Positions 49,244-59,176 of a stretch of 64,000 nt of DNA are shown in pieces (positions within the stretch are counted from its first letter, which is position 1; the number at the start of each line of letters is the position of its first letter). Source of the stretch: a virus. The translations under genes were made by a program, and so were the position numbers. The stretch is taken from IMG/VR virus record IMGVR_UViG_3300005573_001035, positions 32,001-96,000 of that record; one strand, 5' to 3'. Under the pieces are notes generated by a model. The model was given only the letters and a program-made list of their open reading frames with translations, was not told where the DNA came from and made no database searches.

Positions 49244-50077
49244 TTAAGCAGCTCCAGTTTCTGGATCTATGGACGTAAACAGAATGTAAGGAATAACACA
49301 TCCTCCCTGGTCAGTTACTATTTGCGTATTTAGAATTGAAGATGGAAGGTTGTACGTAATCAGACCACCCCGACCTCCAACAAACGGAGCTGGAAACCGA
49401 GTGCCAAGAATTCCATCGGCTATTAAACCGCTGAGACTATAAGTCGAGGCAGTTGCTCCAGATCCCACAACATATCCTTTTACTCTCTGACCTACTATAT
49501 AGATTTCGTATCCACTTGTGGTCCAGGAAGTTCCGAAAACACCAATTAGATATGTACTTCCGCCTACCAAGTTCACATTAAAGCTAGTCTGAAAAAGAAG
49601 CGCGTATCCGGAAATAGACCCCTCACCTGAGAATCCGAACCAACCGTCCGTATAACTAGCGGTTGAAAACGTATTTCCAGTCTTGGTATATATACCAATC
49701 TCAATAGTGTACTCATTACTCCAAGTTGCTGGTGAGGTTTCTAGATTATTTGTAAGCAAGATAGGTAATCTAACCGAGACAGCACTTACATTCCCAGGGA
49801 CATATACTAAAGAAAAGATCGGCACTGCATCATAACATCGGTGCGCTTCCGTTAGTTCTGGGATGGCGTTATTTCCGAGAGTGCAGAACCATCGCATTGA
49901 TGAGAAAACAGTACTTCCGCCTACCAAGTCAACGTAAGATCCACCATTTATAGATTTCTTTAGTTTCAAAGTCGAGCTATCAAGGATAATATCACCCTCA
50001 TTAGAACTAGATACAGAAGGAGATGTACAAGAACGAAGATTTTCCAGTACCTCTGTAAGAGTGCCTCGGAATTCCAT
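49244..50077 (-). CDS. Putative virion protein, paralog of 50082-50876
   Basis: Shared MEFxGT, SSSNE, YVPGN, GTRFPAP.VGGR and PYILFTSIDPETGA. Confidence 0.7.
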   Translation of the reverse strand: MEFRGTLTEVLENLRSCTSPSVSSSNEGDIILDSSTLKLKKSINGGSYVDLVGGSTVFSSMRWFCTLGNNAIPELTEAHRCYDAVPIFSLVYVPGNVSAVSVRLPILLTNNLETSPATWSNEYTIEIGIYTKTGNTFSTASYTDGWFGFSGEGSISGYALLFQTSFNVNLVGGSTYLIGVFGTSWTTSGYEIYIVGQRVKGYVVGSGATASTYSLSGLIADGILGTRFPAPFVGGRGGLITYNLPSSILNTQIVTDQGGCVIPYILFTSIDPETGAA

Positions 50078-50081
50078 TTCT

Positions 50082-50876
50082 TTATAGGGTCGCTCCAGTT
50101 TCTGGATCTATCGATGTAAAGAGAATGTATGGAACAACAAATCCTCCCAGGTCAGATTTTATCTGGGTCGCAGATATGGGTGAAGGCAAAGCGGCGGTTG
50201 TCGTAGAAAACCGACCCCCAACAAGCGGAGCCGGGAACCGAGTACCAGCACCTCCCTCTGTTACTAAGCCTGCTATACTTACAGATGGTCCCGACATCTG
50301 TTTTCCAACTATAAACGCGTTGCCAGAAGTATTTGCCCTAGCAACTAGAACCCCAACTAAGTAATAGCTCCCAGACGCCAGCACCACAGAATTATTTTGT
50401 ATCGCACTAGATGATATATTAACAAAGTAGGCCTTACTATTCAGTAAAGTTGAGGACCCACTAAACGATACTGTTGCCGTCTGAACGAGAGCCCAGGTTG
50501 AGAAACCTCCAGTATATAAACCAAAAGTTGCCGTATATGAGTTTGCTCCACTGGCGGTAAAATAAAAAGCCAATCTAATTAATTTTGCTGTCAGATTTCC
50601 TGGTACATACATAGAACTTAGCACCAGGTACTTATCGGTAGCTTGTGTAATATTAGTTAAACTCACCACAGCTGAGATTCCATCTGTCGCGGTAAACCAT
50701 AACAAACTTAATGGTCTGCACCCTATTTCCGAATACGATCCACCACTAATAGAGGCTTTTAGCTTCATATCATTGGCATCTAAGATAATATTAGCTTCGT
50801 TAGAACTTGATACAGGTGGTGATGATACCGCCTTAAGAGTTAGTTTTATCTTTTTGGTTGTACCCTTAAATTCCAA
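50082..50876 (-). CDS. Putative virion protein, paralog of 49244-50077
   Basis: Same shared motifs; TTG start after AAGGAGG. Confidence 0.7.
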   Translation of the reverse strand: MEFKGTTKKIKLTLKAVSSPPVSSSNEANIILDANDMKLKASISGGSYSEIGCRPLSLLWFTATDGISAVVSLTNITQATDKYLVLSSMYVPGNLTAKLIRLAFYFTASGANSYTATFGLYTGGFSTWALVQTATVSFSGSSTLLNSKAYFVNISSSAIQNNSVVLASGSYYLVGVLVARANTSGNAFIVGKQMSGPSVSIAGLVTEGGAGTRFPAPLVGGRFSTTTAALPSPISATQIKSDLGGFVVPYILFTSIDPETGATL

Positions 50877-50906
50877 CTTACCAGAAAACCTCCTTCGACA
50901 GTTATT

Positions 50907-53900
50907 TTAGACAGCAGCTATAACCACCCTGCCATTAAATCTTGAATCTGGACTAGAACTAACATATATTCTTACATTATTAGAATCAATAATTGTAATC
51001 TGATCTGGAAATACAAGATTTCCAGTAGACGTATCCCACGTGCTAACTAACAGGGCTGAAGAATTAAGATTGTGAGTAAACGTTATGTAATAGTTACCGG
51101 TTCCAGAAGTCCACGATGTCGTATTATTGAACGTAGTTGTGTACCTAGAAAGAGATCCGCTAAAACCCGAGTAACCACTAAAACCACTTACTCCAGAGTA
51201 ACCACTAAAACCAGATTTACCACTAAAACCACTTACTCCAGAGTAACCACTAAAACCACTTACGCCTGAATAGCCCGAGTAGCCACTAAAACCAGATTTA
51301 CCACTAAAACCACTTACTCCATCTAGTCCTTGAGAACCAGAATAACCCGAGTAGCCACTAAAACCAGATTTACCACTAAAACCACTTACTCCATCTAGTC
51401 CTTGAGAACCAGAATAACCCGAGAAACCGCTTACGCCAGAATAGCCACTAAAACCACTTACTCCATCTAGTCCTTGAGAACCAGAATAACCCGAGAAACC
51501 GCTTACGCCAGAATAGCCACTAAAACCACTTACTCCATCTAGTCCTTGAGAACCAGAATACCCACTAAAACCACTTGTTCCCGAATACCCACTAAAACCA
51601 CTTGTTCCTTCGAGACCTTGAGAACCAGAATATCCTGAGAAACCACTTACGCCCGAATACCCACTAAAACCACTTGTTCCTTGAGGACCAGAATACCCCG
51701 AAAAGCCGCTCGTACCAGAATATCCACTATATCCACTCGTACCTGTGGGGCCTTGAGGACCAGAATACCCAGAGAAACCACTTACACCAGAGTAACCCGA
51801 AAAGCCACTTGTTCCAGAATACCCACTAAATCCACTAGTTCCCTCAGGTCCTTGAGACCCAGAATACCCACTAAAACCAGAAACACCTTGTGGTCCAGAA
51901 TACCCTGAAAAGCCACTTACACCAGAATACCCACTAAAACCACTTATTCCTTCCGGACCCTGAAGACCAGAGTATCCAGAGAAACCACTAGTACCACTTA
52001 TTCCAGAATACCCACTAAAACCACTTGTTCCCGAATACCCACTAAAACCACTTGTTCCCGCAGGACCTTGCAACCCAGAATATCCAGAGAAACCACTTTC
52101 GCCCGAATAGCCACTAAACCCAGATGTTCCTTCTGGTCCTTGAGAACCAGAATACCCCGAGAAACCACTTATACCTGAGTAGCCAGAGAAACCAGATTTA
52201 CCACTAACACCACTCGCCCCAGAATACCCCGAGAAACCACTTACACCCGAGTAACCACTAAAACCAGATGTTCCTTCTGGTCCTTGTGAGCCAGAATATC
52301 CCGAGAAACCACTTACACCCGAGTAACCACTAAAACCAGAAGTACCTTGTAGTCCAGAATACCCACTAAATCCACTCGTTCCTATGGGACCTTGTGGGCC
52401 TGAATATCCAGAGAAACCACTTACACCTGAGTAGCCCGAGAAACCACTTGTTCCTGTAGGACCTTGAGGACCCGAGTACCCACTAAAACCACTTTCACCC
52501 GAGTAACCACTAAAACCACTCACACCTGTAGGACCTTGAGGTCCAGAATATCCACTAAATCCACTTACACCAGAGTAACCAGAGAAACCACTTGTTCCTT
52601 CGGGTCCTTGAGGACCAGAATAGCCCGAGAAACCACTAAAACCACTCGTACCTGTTGGGCCTTGAGGTCCAGAATATCCACTAAATCCACTTACACCAGA
52701 GTAACCAGACAAACCACTTGGTCCCGAGTAACCACTAAAACCAGAAATTCCTTCTGGTCCTTGTGGGCCGGAATATCCACTAAAACCAGACCTCCCACTT
52801 ACACCCGAGTAACCCGAAAAGCCACTGGTTCCAGAATACCCACTAAATCCACTCGTTCCTGTAGGGCCTTGAGGACCAGAATACCCAGAGAAACCACTCG
52901 TACCAGAATAGCCACTAAATCCAGACGTTCCTTCTGGGCCTTGAGAACCAGAATACCCAGAGAAACCACTCGTACCAGAATAGCCACTAAATCCAGAAGT
53001 ACCCTGGGGTCCAGAATACCCAGAGAAACCACTTACACCAGAGTAACCCGAAAAGCCACTCGTCCCCTGGGGCCCTGGTTCTCCACTATATCCACTATAT
53101 CCACTCGTTCCAGTGGGACCCTGAGAACCAGAATATCCCGAGAAACCACTAACGCCCGAATAGCCACTAAAACCAGAAGTTCCAGTGGGACCCTGAGAAC
53201 CAGAATATCCCGAGAAACCACTAACGCCCGAATAGCCACTAAAACCAGAAGTTCCAGTGGGACCCTGAGAACCAGAGTAGCCACTAAATCCACTTAGACC
53301 CGAATAGCCACTAAATCCAGAAGTTCCCTGGGGTCCTGGTTCTCCACTATATCCACTATATCCACTCGTTCCAGCGGGGCCTTGAGACCCGGAATACCCA
53401 GAGAAACCACTCGTACCCGAATAGCCACTAAAACCAGAAGTTCCCTGGGGTCCTGGTTCTCCACTATATCCACTAAAACCAGATGTTCCCTCTGGACCCT
53501 GAGAACCAGAGTAGCCACTAAATCCACTTAGACCCGAATAGCCACTAAAACCAGATGTTCCAGTAGAGCCCTGGGGTCCGGAATAACCCGAGAATCCACT
53601 CGTTCCAGAATACCCACTAAAACCAGATGTTCCCTCTGGACCCTGAGAACCAGAATATCCCGAAAAGCCACTCGCGCCCGAATAGCCAGAGAAACCACTT
53701 GGTCCAGAATAGCCACTAAAACCACTTGTTCCCTGAGGTCCTGGTTCTCCACTATATCCACTATATCCACTCGTTCCTTGAGGGCCCTGACAACCAGAAT
53801 ACCCCGAAAAGCCACTCGTGCCCGAATAGCCAGAGAAACCACTTGTACCTGAGTAACCAGAAAAGCCACTTGGGCCAGAATACCCAGAGAAACCACTTAG

Positions 53901-55718
53901 ACCCGAATAACCACTAAAACCAGATGTTCCCTGAGGACCAGTCTCCCCACTGTATCCACTAAAACCAGACGTTCCCGAAACGCCTTGTGGACCAGAATAG
54001 CCAGAGAAACCACTTGTACCTGAGTAACCAGAAAAGCCACTTGGCCCCGAATAACCACTAAATCCGGATGTTCCCTGGGGTCCAGCTTCTCCACTATACC
54101 CACTAAATCCCGAGTAACCACTTAGACCAGACCTTCCACTATAACCACTAAAACCCGAATAGCCACTCGAACCAGGAGCATCCCCACTATAGCCCGAAAA
54201 GCCACTAAATCCCGAGTAACCACTTAGACCTGAGTAGCCACTAAAACCACTAAAACCCGAATAGCCACTGGTTCCCGAAGGCCCAGAAAAACCACTAAAT
54301 CCCGAGTACCCACTTAGACCAGGCCCCCCACTATAACCACTAAAACCCGAGTAGCCACTGGAACCTGAGTAACCAGACAATCCGCTAAATCCTGAGTACC
54401 CACTATAACCACTAGGCCCTGGGGGTCCAGAGGAACCACTATAACCGCTCCTGCCCGACTGGCCACTAGCTCCAGAATAACCGCTAAATCCACTCTTGCC
54501 AGAGAAACCACTCAACCCACTTACACCTGCAGGACCTGGCTGCCCAGACCAACCACTAAAACCTGAGAAACCAGACAAACCAGGTACTCCGGGTAAGCCA
54601 CTCCAACCAGAGTATCCACTCCATCCAGAAAAACCACTTTGTCCACTAAAACCACTAAAACCTGATTGGCCTGGTTCTCCACCACCGCCACTACCGCCAC
54701 TACCTCCTTCTCCCCCACCACCACCGCCGCCACCAGTACCAGCCGAAGAACCAGGGCCACTATACGAAGGAGGAAGATACGAAGGTGGAGGTTGCTTATC
54801 TCCTGCGAAACCTGGAGGAGCAGGCATAGCCTGAGGAACTGAACTAGGGGTTGAAGGCGTGGATGGAGTATGAGTTCTCTCAGAAAAGGATTCCCAGGGA
54901 CAATTTCTATCTCCTATTGGATTAGCTCTTTCTGCATATTTGGCTAGTCCTGTTTGATCACATCTCTTACGACCATCAGTGTTTATGTCTTTGTCAGCTC
55001 GAAGATTAAACTCATCTTTGGTCCATATTCGAATCTCACCATCAGCAATAATATGAATCTTCTTTCCAACTTTCAGAAATAAGTTTCCTTCTGTTTCAAG
55101 GTGAACATCGTCTTTAAATTTCGCATGGAATTGTCTCTTAGTAATATCAACCCGGAAGAAATCTCCAAGATACGTTCTAAATAGAAATTGTTCCTGTTCT
55201 TCTCTCTCATCTAAAACAAGGACGGTTTGATTATCATCAACTTTACAGATAGATGCTATGTCACCAGCAGGCGGGTTAGTCAGGAGGCGCTTTTTCCCTG
55301 TAATTTCCCAGCGCTCATCTTGAGGGTCGTCAGATATGACAATCGTTCTGCCTTCTGGAGATTTGAAGAGAACCCACTTATCTTCATACTTTCCGACTTG
55401 GCACTCAGGTAAGACTTTCGAAGATTCAATTTCCAGGGATGCAAAATAGTAGGGTCTGTTTGCATTTCCCTGCTCAAAAAAGACCCAAACCCAAGACCCT
55501 TTTCTAGGAACTAAGCAAGCACCATAGTACCAATTCTCAGGGTTCGCTTCTAAGTTTCTTCCACCCAGATACGTATTAGCTGGACGGGCCCAGATTGCCT
55601 TTTCTTTATCTAGCTCAGGCATCAAAGCTGGAATCCAGACCTTGACCCTGCCAAATTGCTCTGGGTCTCTATTATCTATGACTTCTGCTCTGAAGAAGCC
55701 ATTCAGAAGTTGCTCCAT
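50907..55718 (-). CDS. gp5/VgrG-like baseplate spike fused to a long G-(F/Y)-S collagen-like shaft and a small tip domain
   Basis: OB-fold signature RAEVIDNRDPEQFGRVKVWIP..WARP..VPRKGSWVWVFFEQGNANRPYY, then a beta-helix-like segment, a Pro/Gly linker, about 1,170 aa of triplets and a C-terminal ITFTHNLNS domain. Confidence 0.85.
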   Translation of the reverse strand: MEQLLNGFFRAEVIDNRDPEQFGRVKVWIPALMPELDKEKAIWARPANTYLGGRNLEANPENWYYGACLVPRKGSWVWVFFEQGNANRPYYFASLEIESSKVLPECQVGKYEDKWVLFKSPEGRTIVISDDPQDERWEITGKKRLLTNPPAGDIASICKVDDNQTVLVLDEREEQEQFLFRTYLGDFFRVDITKRQFHAKFKDDVHLETEGNLFLKVGKKIHIIADGEIRIWTKDEFNLRADKDINTDGRKRCDQTGLAKYAERANPIGDRNCPWESFSERTHTPSTPSTPSSVPQAMPAPPGFAGDKQPPPSYLPPSYSGPGSSAGTGGGGGGGGEGGSGGSGGGGEPGQSGFSGFSGQSGFSGWSGYSGWSGLPGVPGLSGFSGFSGWSGQPGPAGVSGLSGFSGKSGFSGYSGASGQSGRSGYSGSSGPPGPSGYSGYSGFSGLSGYSGSSGYSGFSGYSGGPGLSGYSGFSGFSGPSGTSGYSGFSGFSGYSGLSGYSGFSGFSGYSGDAPGSSGYSGFSGYSGRSGLSGYSGFSGYSGEAGPQGTSGFSGYSGPSGFSGYSGTSGFSGYSGPQGVSGTSGFSGYSGETGPQGTSGFSGYSGLSGFSGYSGPSGFSGYSGTSGFSGYSGTSGFSGYSGCQGPQGTSGYSGYSGEPGPQGTSGFSGYSGPSGFSGYSGASGFSGYSGSQGPEGTSGFSGYSGTSGFSGYSGPQGSTGTSGFSGYSGLSGFSGYSGSQGPEGTSGFSGYSGEPGPQGTSGFSGYSGTSGFSGYSGSQGPAGTSGYSGYSGEPGPQGTSGFSGYSGLSGFSGYSGSQGPTGTSGFSGYSGVSGFSGYSGSQGPTGTSGFSGYSGVSGFSGYSGSQGPTGTSGYSGYSGEPGPQGTSGFSGYSGVSGFSGYSGPQGTSGFSGYSGTSGFSGYSGSQGPEGTSGFSGYSGTSGFSGYSGPQGPTGTSGFSGYSGTSGFSGYSGVSGRSGFSGYSGPQGPEGISGFSGYSGPSGLSGYSGVSGFSGYSGPQGPTGTSGFSGFSGYSGPQGPEGTSGFSGYSGVSGFSGYSGPQGPTGVSGFSGYSGESGFSGYSGPQGPTGTSGFSGYSGVSGFSGYSGPQGPIGTSGFSGYSGLQGTSGFSGYSGVSGFSGYSGSQGPEGTSGFSGYSGVSGFSGYSGASGVSGKSGFSGYSGISGFSGYSGSQGPEGTSGFSGYSGESGFSGYSGLQGPAGTSGFSGYSGTSGFSGYSGISGTSGFSGYSGLQGPEGISGFSGYSGVSGFSGYSGPQGVSGFSGYSGSQGPEGTSGFSGYSGTSGFSGYSGVSGFSGYSGPQGPTGTSGYSGYSGTSGFSGYSGPQGTSGFSGYSGVSGFSGYSGSQGLEGTSGFSGYSGTSGFSGYSGSQGLDGVSGFSGYSGVSGFSGYSGSQGLDGVSGFSGYSGVSGFSGYSGSQGLDGVSGFSGKSGFSGYSGYSGSQGLDGVSGFSGKSGFSGYSGYSGVSGFSGYSGVSGFSGKSGFSGYSGVSGFSGYSGFSGSLSRYTTTFNNTTSWTSGTGNYYITFTHNLNSSALLVSTWDTSTGNLVFPDQITIIDSNNVRIYVSSSPDSRFNGRVVIAAV
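51150..54670 (-). repeat. Coding low-complexity 9-nt-period repeat (SG[FY]/GPQ)
   Basis: Triplet repeat with local exact 63-nt tandem duplications, for example near 51250-51560 and 53110-53275. Confidence 0.9.
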
Positions 55719-55765
55719 TTTCTACCCTATCCACCAGAAAGTTAGTTTCCTTTCCATACCGTTGC

Positions 55766-56689
55766 TTATAATCTCGTTACAATTATCTCGATAGCTTTTG
55801 ATATACGGGTATAAGAATAAGAATGAAACTTCGAGAAAAATGAACCAGCAATGGTTGATCCTTTAAGCTCAGAGCAAATAAAGAATGAGACAAACCTACC
55901 ATAATCTTCCAGCGCAGCCACAAAACTAGATCCAAAACTACGAAATAATACTGACGAAAATACAAAGGGGCTTATACCCGGCATAATAGAAAAGTCAGAT
56001 AGGGCAGCTACAAAACTAGTAATCTTGGAAAAATCATATGATTCTAACCTATCTTTTATTAGATCAGGAGAGAACCCAGACATAGAACTAGCTCTTAGAT
56101 AAAGTCTATCTCCACTGGGGATACTAAAAAACGAACTCAAAACATAACACGCGACCATAAACTTAAGAGAGCCAATAAGATAAGAGTAACTTGTAAGAAG
56201 ACCATATTTCTTACCAAATACTCGAATTAAGATAGCAGATAAGAAATCGCATATAAAAGAGGCATAGTCCTCTGACATTCGGCCTCGTTCTAGACCATGC
56301 ACATGATACAAAATAAACCCGTACAATGCTAGACCATATAAATTTCTGTAATCAACTCGACCTATGTTACTGGCAGAAAAATAAGATATGTTTAAAAAGA
56401 CTTGTTTCTCGGACTTAACATACGCTGCTGGTAAAACATATGAGGGAGCTAAACATATGGTAAATGCTTTTGGATTATTTTGTAAGAATCTAACTAGTGG
56501 CTCCTTACTATAATGGCTAATCGTAGGAAGGCTAGAGCCAATAATAGAAACTAGGTCTTTTTGGGTGGCAATTTGTTGAATTTGACCCAATTCTGACTTC
56601 GTTTTTGCAATATTAGGGGTCTTTTCGAGTAGTTCAAAGTCGTATTTTTTCTCCTTTCCAGATCCAAGAAAAGAAACAATTCTAGCCAT
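55766..56689 (-). CDS. Hypothetical protein
   Basis: 307-aa ORF in the baseplate region; no motif recognised. Confidence 0.7.
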   Translation of the reverse strand: MARIVSFLGSGKEKKYDFELLEKTPNIAKTKSELGQIQQIATQKDLVSIIGSSLPTISHYSKEPLVRFLQNNPKAFTICLAPSYVLPAAYVKSEKQVFLNISYFSASNIGRVDYRNLYGLALYGFILYHVHGLERGRMSEDYASFICDFLSAILIRVFGKKYGLLTSYSYLIGSLKFMVACYVLSSFFSIPSGDRLYLRASSMSGFSPDLIKDRLESYDFSKITSFVAALSDFSIMPGISPFVFSSVLFRSFGSSFVAALEDYGRFVSFFICSELKGSTIAGSFFSKFHSYSYTRISKAIEIIVTRL

Positions 56690-56785
56690 GCTCCAGACTG
56701 CTTGACCTCTCTTTCTTATATATACGCACCTCTGAACCTATGTAAAGCAAAAAAAGAGACAAGACCCTAAGAAAAACTAGTTTCT

Positions 56786-57175
56786 CTATAAGGGAAAAGA
56801 CCTAAGATCAGAAACTGGTTTTGGAAGAAATCTATCTCTTGCAACTTCTAGGATTGCGGCAAAGTCAGGAACTAAAATTGTGGGCATTACGAATTCCTCT
56901 ATGCTGTAAGCCCCATTAACGAAAAGAATAAGAGGCCAAAGAACCACAGTTCCATATTCCTGGTAAGATACATAGTCTGGTCTGTATTTAAGTTTCGGGG
57001 TCATAGGAATCTGTTTCGATCTTTGTAATAAGTAGAATAAGTTCTTCTCAACTGCCCACACCTCAAAAGATGGAAAAATAAATAGTCCATTCTCAGTCTT
57101 ATACTGAGCCCTTAAGTTATCAATATCCGTAGTTAAAGATATGTTAGAATTTGTCTCGGCGTCCAGAGTGTACAT
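56786..57175 (-). CDS. Baseplate wedge protein (T4 gp53/LysM-like)
   Basis: YRPDYVSYQEYGTVVLWPLILFVNG signature; close to the gp5-like gene. Confidence 0.7.
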   Translation of the reverse strand: MYTLDAETNSNISLTTDIDNLRAQYKTENGLFIFPSFEVWAVEKNLFYLLQRSKQIPMTPKLKYRPDYVSYQEYGTVVLWPLILFVNGAYSIEEFVMPTILVPDFAAILEVARDRFLPKPVSDLRSFPL

Positions 57176-57184
57176 TCTTAAGAT

Positions 57185-57895
57185 TTACTCTCCTTTTTCC
57201 TCTGGGTTTTTGTCGCTTAGAACCATTCCAGGATAATGGTTTGACCACCAAGAAGGAAACTTAGTCCAAGATTGAACCGCTAATCTAGAATTTATTTCTT
57301 CCAGATCATAAGTATCGAAGACTAAATTCGATAGACACCAAAGATAGTCTCCCTGAACTAAGTTAATAGGAATATCAAGTTTTCCATTATGAAATTTTTC
57401 ATGCATAGTTTCTGTCAAGGGAACATAGCCTAGACGATTTTGATAGTGGATTTCAATTACATCTCTCGCAATATCGAAAGTACAGAACTCCTTCTCCTCT
57501 TTCATATATTTTTGAATCACACCCTTAACTAAAAGAAACAAAGAAGGAATATGGTGATGAATACAAATAGAAACATCTTCTTTGCTTTCAAACGTTATGG
57601 CGCATTTGCTAACTTTTAGAACTTCAAGAATGTATTGTCTCCAAAGAGAAAATTCATAGCTCTTTCTAACGAGGGATTCTACGTTCTTTATAAATTTAAC
57701 GAATTGTTTATCATCTTCAAACTCTCTAATTCTTAAAGACAAAGAAAAGGCGTAGTTAGGAGAAAAAAGAATCTTATCAGAAGTATTCGCAGTAATAAGA
57801 CTAGATCTATCTTCCTTGCTTTCTGGTTGGAGAAAAAGACCCTCTTCCTGTTGCTTAAGAAGATCTTCTAAGCAAATACTTGGTTTATCCTGCAA
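57185..57895 (-). CDS. HNH-like fold protein
   Basis: CAIT..ICIHHH..GYVPLTETMHEKFH pattern. Confidence 0.5.
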   Translation of the reverse strand: MQDKPSICLEDLLKQQEEGLFLQPESKEDRSSLITANTSDKILFSPNYAFSLSLRIREFEDDKQFVKFIKNVESLVRKSYEFSLWRQYILEVLKVSKCAITFESKEDVSICIHHHIPSLFLLVKGVIQKYMKEEKEFCTFDIARDVIEIHYQNRLGYVPLTETMHEKFHNGKLDIPINLVQGDYLWCLSNLVFDTYDLEEINSRLAVQSWTKFPSWWSNHYPGMVLSDKNPEEKGE

Positions 57896-57935
57896 TTCTT
57901 CTTTTCCTCTCTTTTATCTTTTTATGTATATTTTA

Positions 57936-59126
57936 CTAAGATAAACTATTCAGTAACCTCTTTCTAGAGACTCCAATTCTAGAAAATATAGGATTTTTCA
58001 ATTGGCTTGGTTCAACAATATCAGAAGAAAGCTTCATATTCGCAAATAAGACTCGATAAGAAACAGCTGCGCATAGATCTTTAAATGGGTGTATACAAAA
58101 ATAAACAGAGGAGGATACATTGTCAACAACACAGAGGTCAGTCCATCCAGATAACCTAGCTCTAAATCTTAGTTTTCCTTGTGCCAAAAGATCATAGTTC
58201 TGGATTGATTGCCTAGATAAAATCACATGGAGCAATTTAAAGTTTTCCGGCTTGTAATGAACCATAGCTTCCAAACTAGGAGGAGATCCAGATGTAAGAA
58301 CCCTAACTAATTTACTTGTATATACTTTTCTCCAGGTTCTATACAACTTTTTTGTAATTCTTCTGCCCGCCATCACAAATAAATTTAGTAGAGCAGGTCT
58401 GGTTATATCCGAGATTAGAACTTTGCTAATTTTCTCAGCAGGCATCTTAAAGAAAAGACACTTGACACCAAGAATTACGTTCACCGATTCTTCCGAACTG
58501 GCCTTTGACTTCTTAAATTCTTCAGTTGAGCCTGTAAGGGTTTGACCTTTCTCACCAAAATCATACTGAAATTTTTGCGAAGTCACAACATTGTCAACTA
58601 ACTCAGATTTGGTTAGCCGGATAACAATCCATGTTGGATCTGGATATAACTCAGTTACTATAGTGGGTGCACTACGGGGCTCGGCACTAATCGTAGGTGG
58701 GGGCGTGGAACTAGGAACAGGACATGGGCCACCAGCACATGGTCCTCCTCCACCTTTGCCAGCAGTTGGATGGGGCCCTTTGGGGGGCGGGGGCGAATAA
58801 GGTACAGGCAAGTTAGACCCAGATTGCGATTTTTCTACTGATAGTTGCCATGGTATCTTAAAAGTATCGGAGAGAGAAGAACTTGGCTTTAACCCATACC
58901 TCCGAAGAATAGAAGATACTAGTCTCTCAAGGCCAGGTTTATTGATCTTAAATGTTCGTTCCGCCCCTGGTATTTTCATTACACTCCTAGCCCATTCTGG
59001 AAGAAGAGAATTAAGAATTATATCTAGACTATATATAAGAGCTAGACGCTCTATAGATTTTCCGATTACAGCGGCTACGTTATCATCAACATCATCTGAA
59101 ACCAAAACTGGGATTATATAGATCAT
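57936..59126 (-). CDS. Hypothetical protein with an internal Pro/Gly-rich linker
   Basis: 396-aa ORF containing PPPPKGPHPTAGKGGGGPC. Confidence 0.65.
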   Translation of the reverse strand: MIYIIPVLVSDDVDDNVAAVIGKSIERLALIYSLDIILNSLLPEWARSVMKIPGAERTFKINKPGLERLVSSILRRYGLKPSSSLSDTFKIPWQLSVEKSQSGSNLPVPYSPPPPKGPHPTAGKGGGGPCAGGPCPVPSSTPPPTISAEPRSAPTIVTELYPDPTWIVIRLTKSELVDNVVTSQKFQYDFGEKGQTLTGSTEEFKKSKASSEESVNVILGVKCLFFKMPAEKISKVLISDITRPALLNLFVMAGRRITKKLYRTWRKVYTSKLVRVLTSGSPPSLEAMVHYKPENFKLLHVILSRQSIQNYDLLAQGKLRFRARLSGWTDLCVVDNVSSSVYFCIHPFKDLCAAVSYRVLFANMKLSSDIVEPSQLKNPIFSRIGVSRKRLLNSLS

Positions 59127-59176
59127 ATTCGTTTTACCCCCAGGAGAAAAAACTCTAAGAAAGAAAAATATGGTGC

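Noticed and set aside
41040-54670. Repeat tracts as CRISPR arrays or non-coding satellites
   Set aside because: They are in-frame coding triplet repeats with synonymous variation, with no constant repeat and unique spacers.
40918-54834. Many alternative-frame and plus-strand ORFs over the repeats (for example 52464-53297)
   Set aside because: Shadow ORFs caused by the periodic, stop-poor repeat; no SD and no independent motifs.
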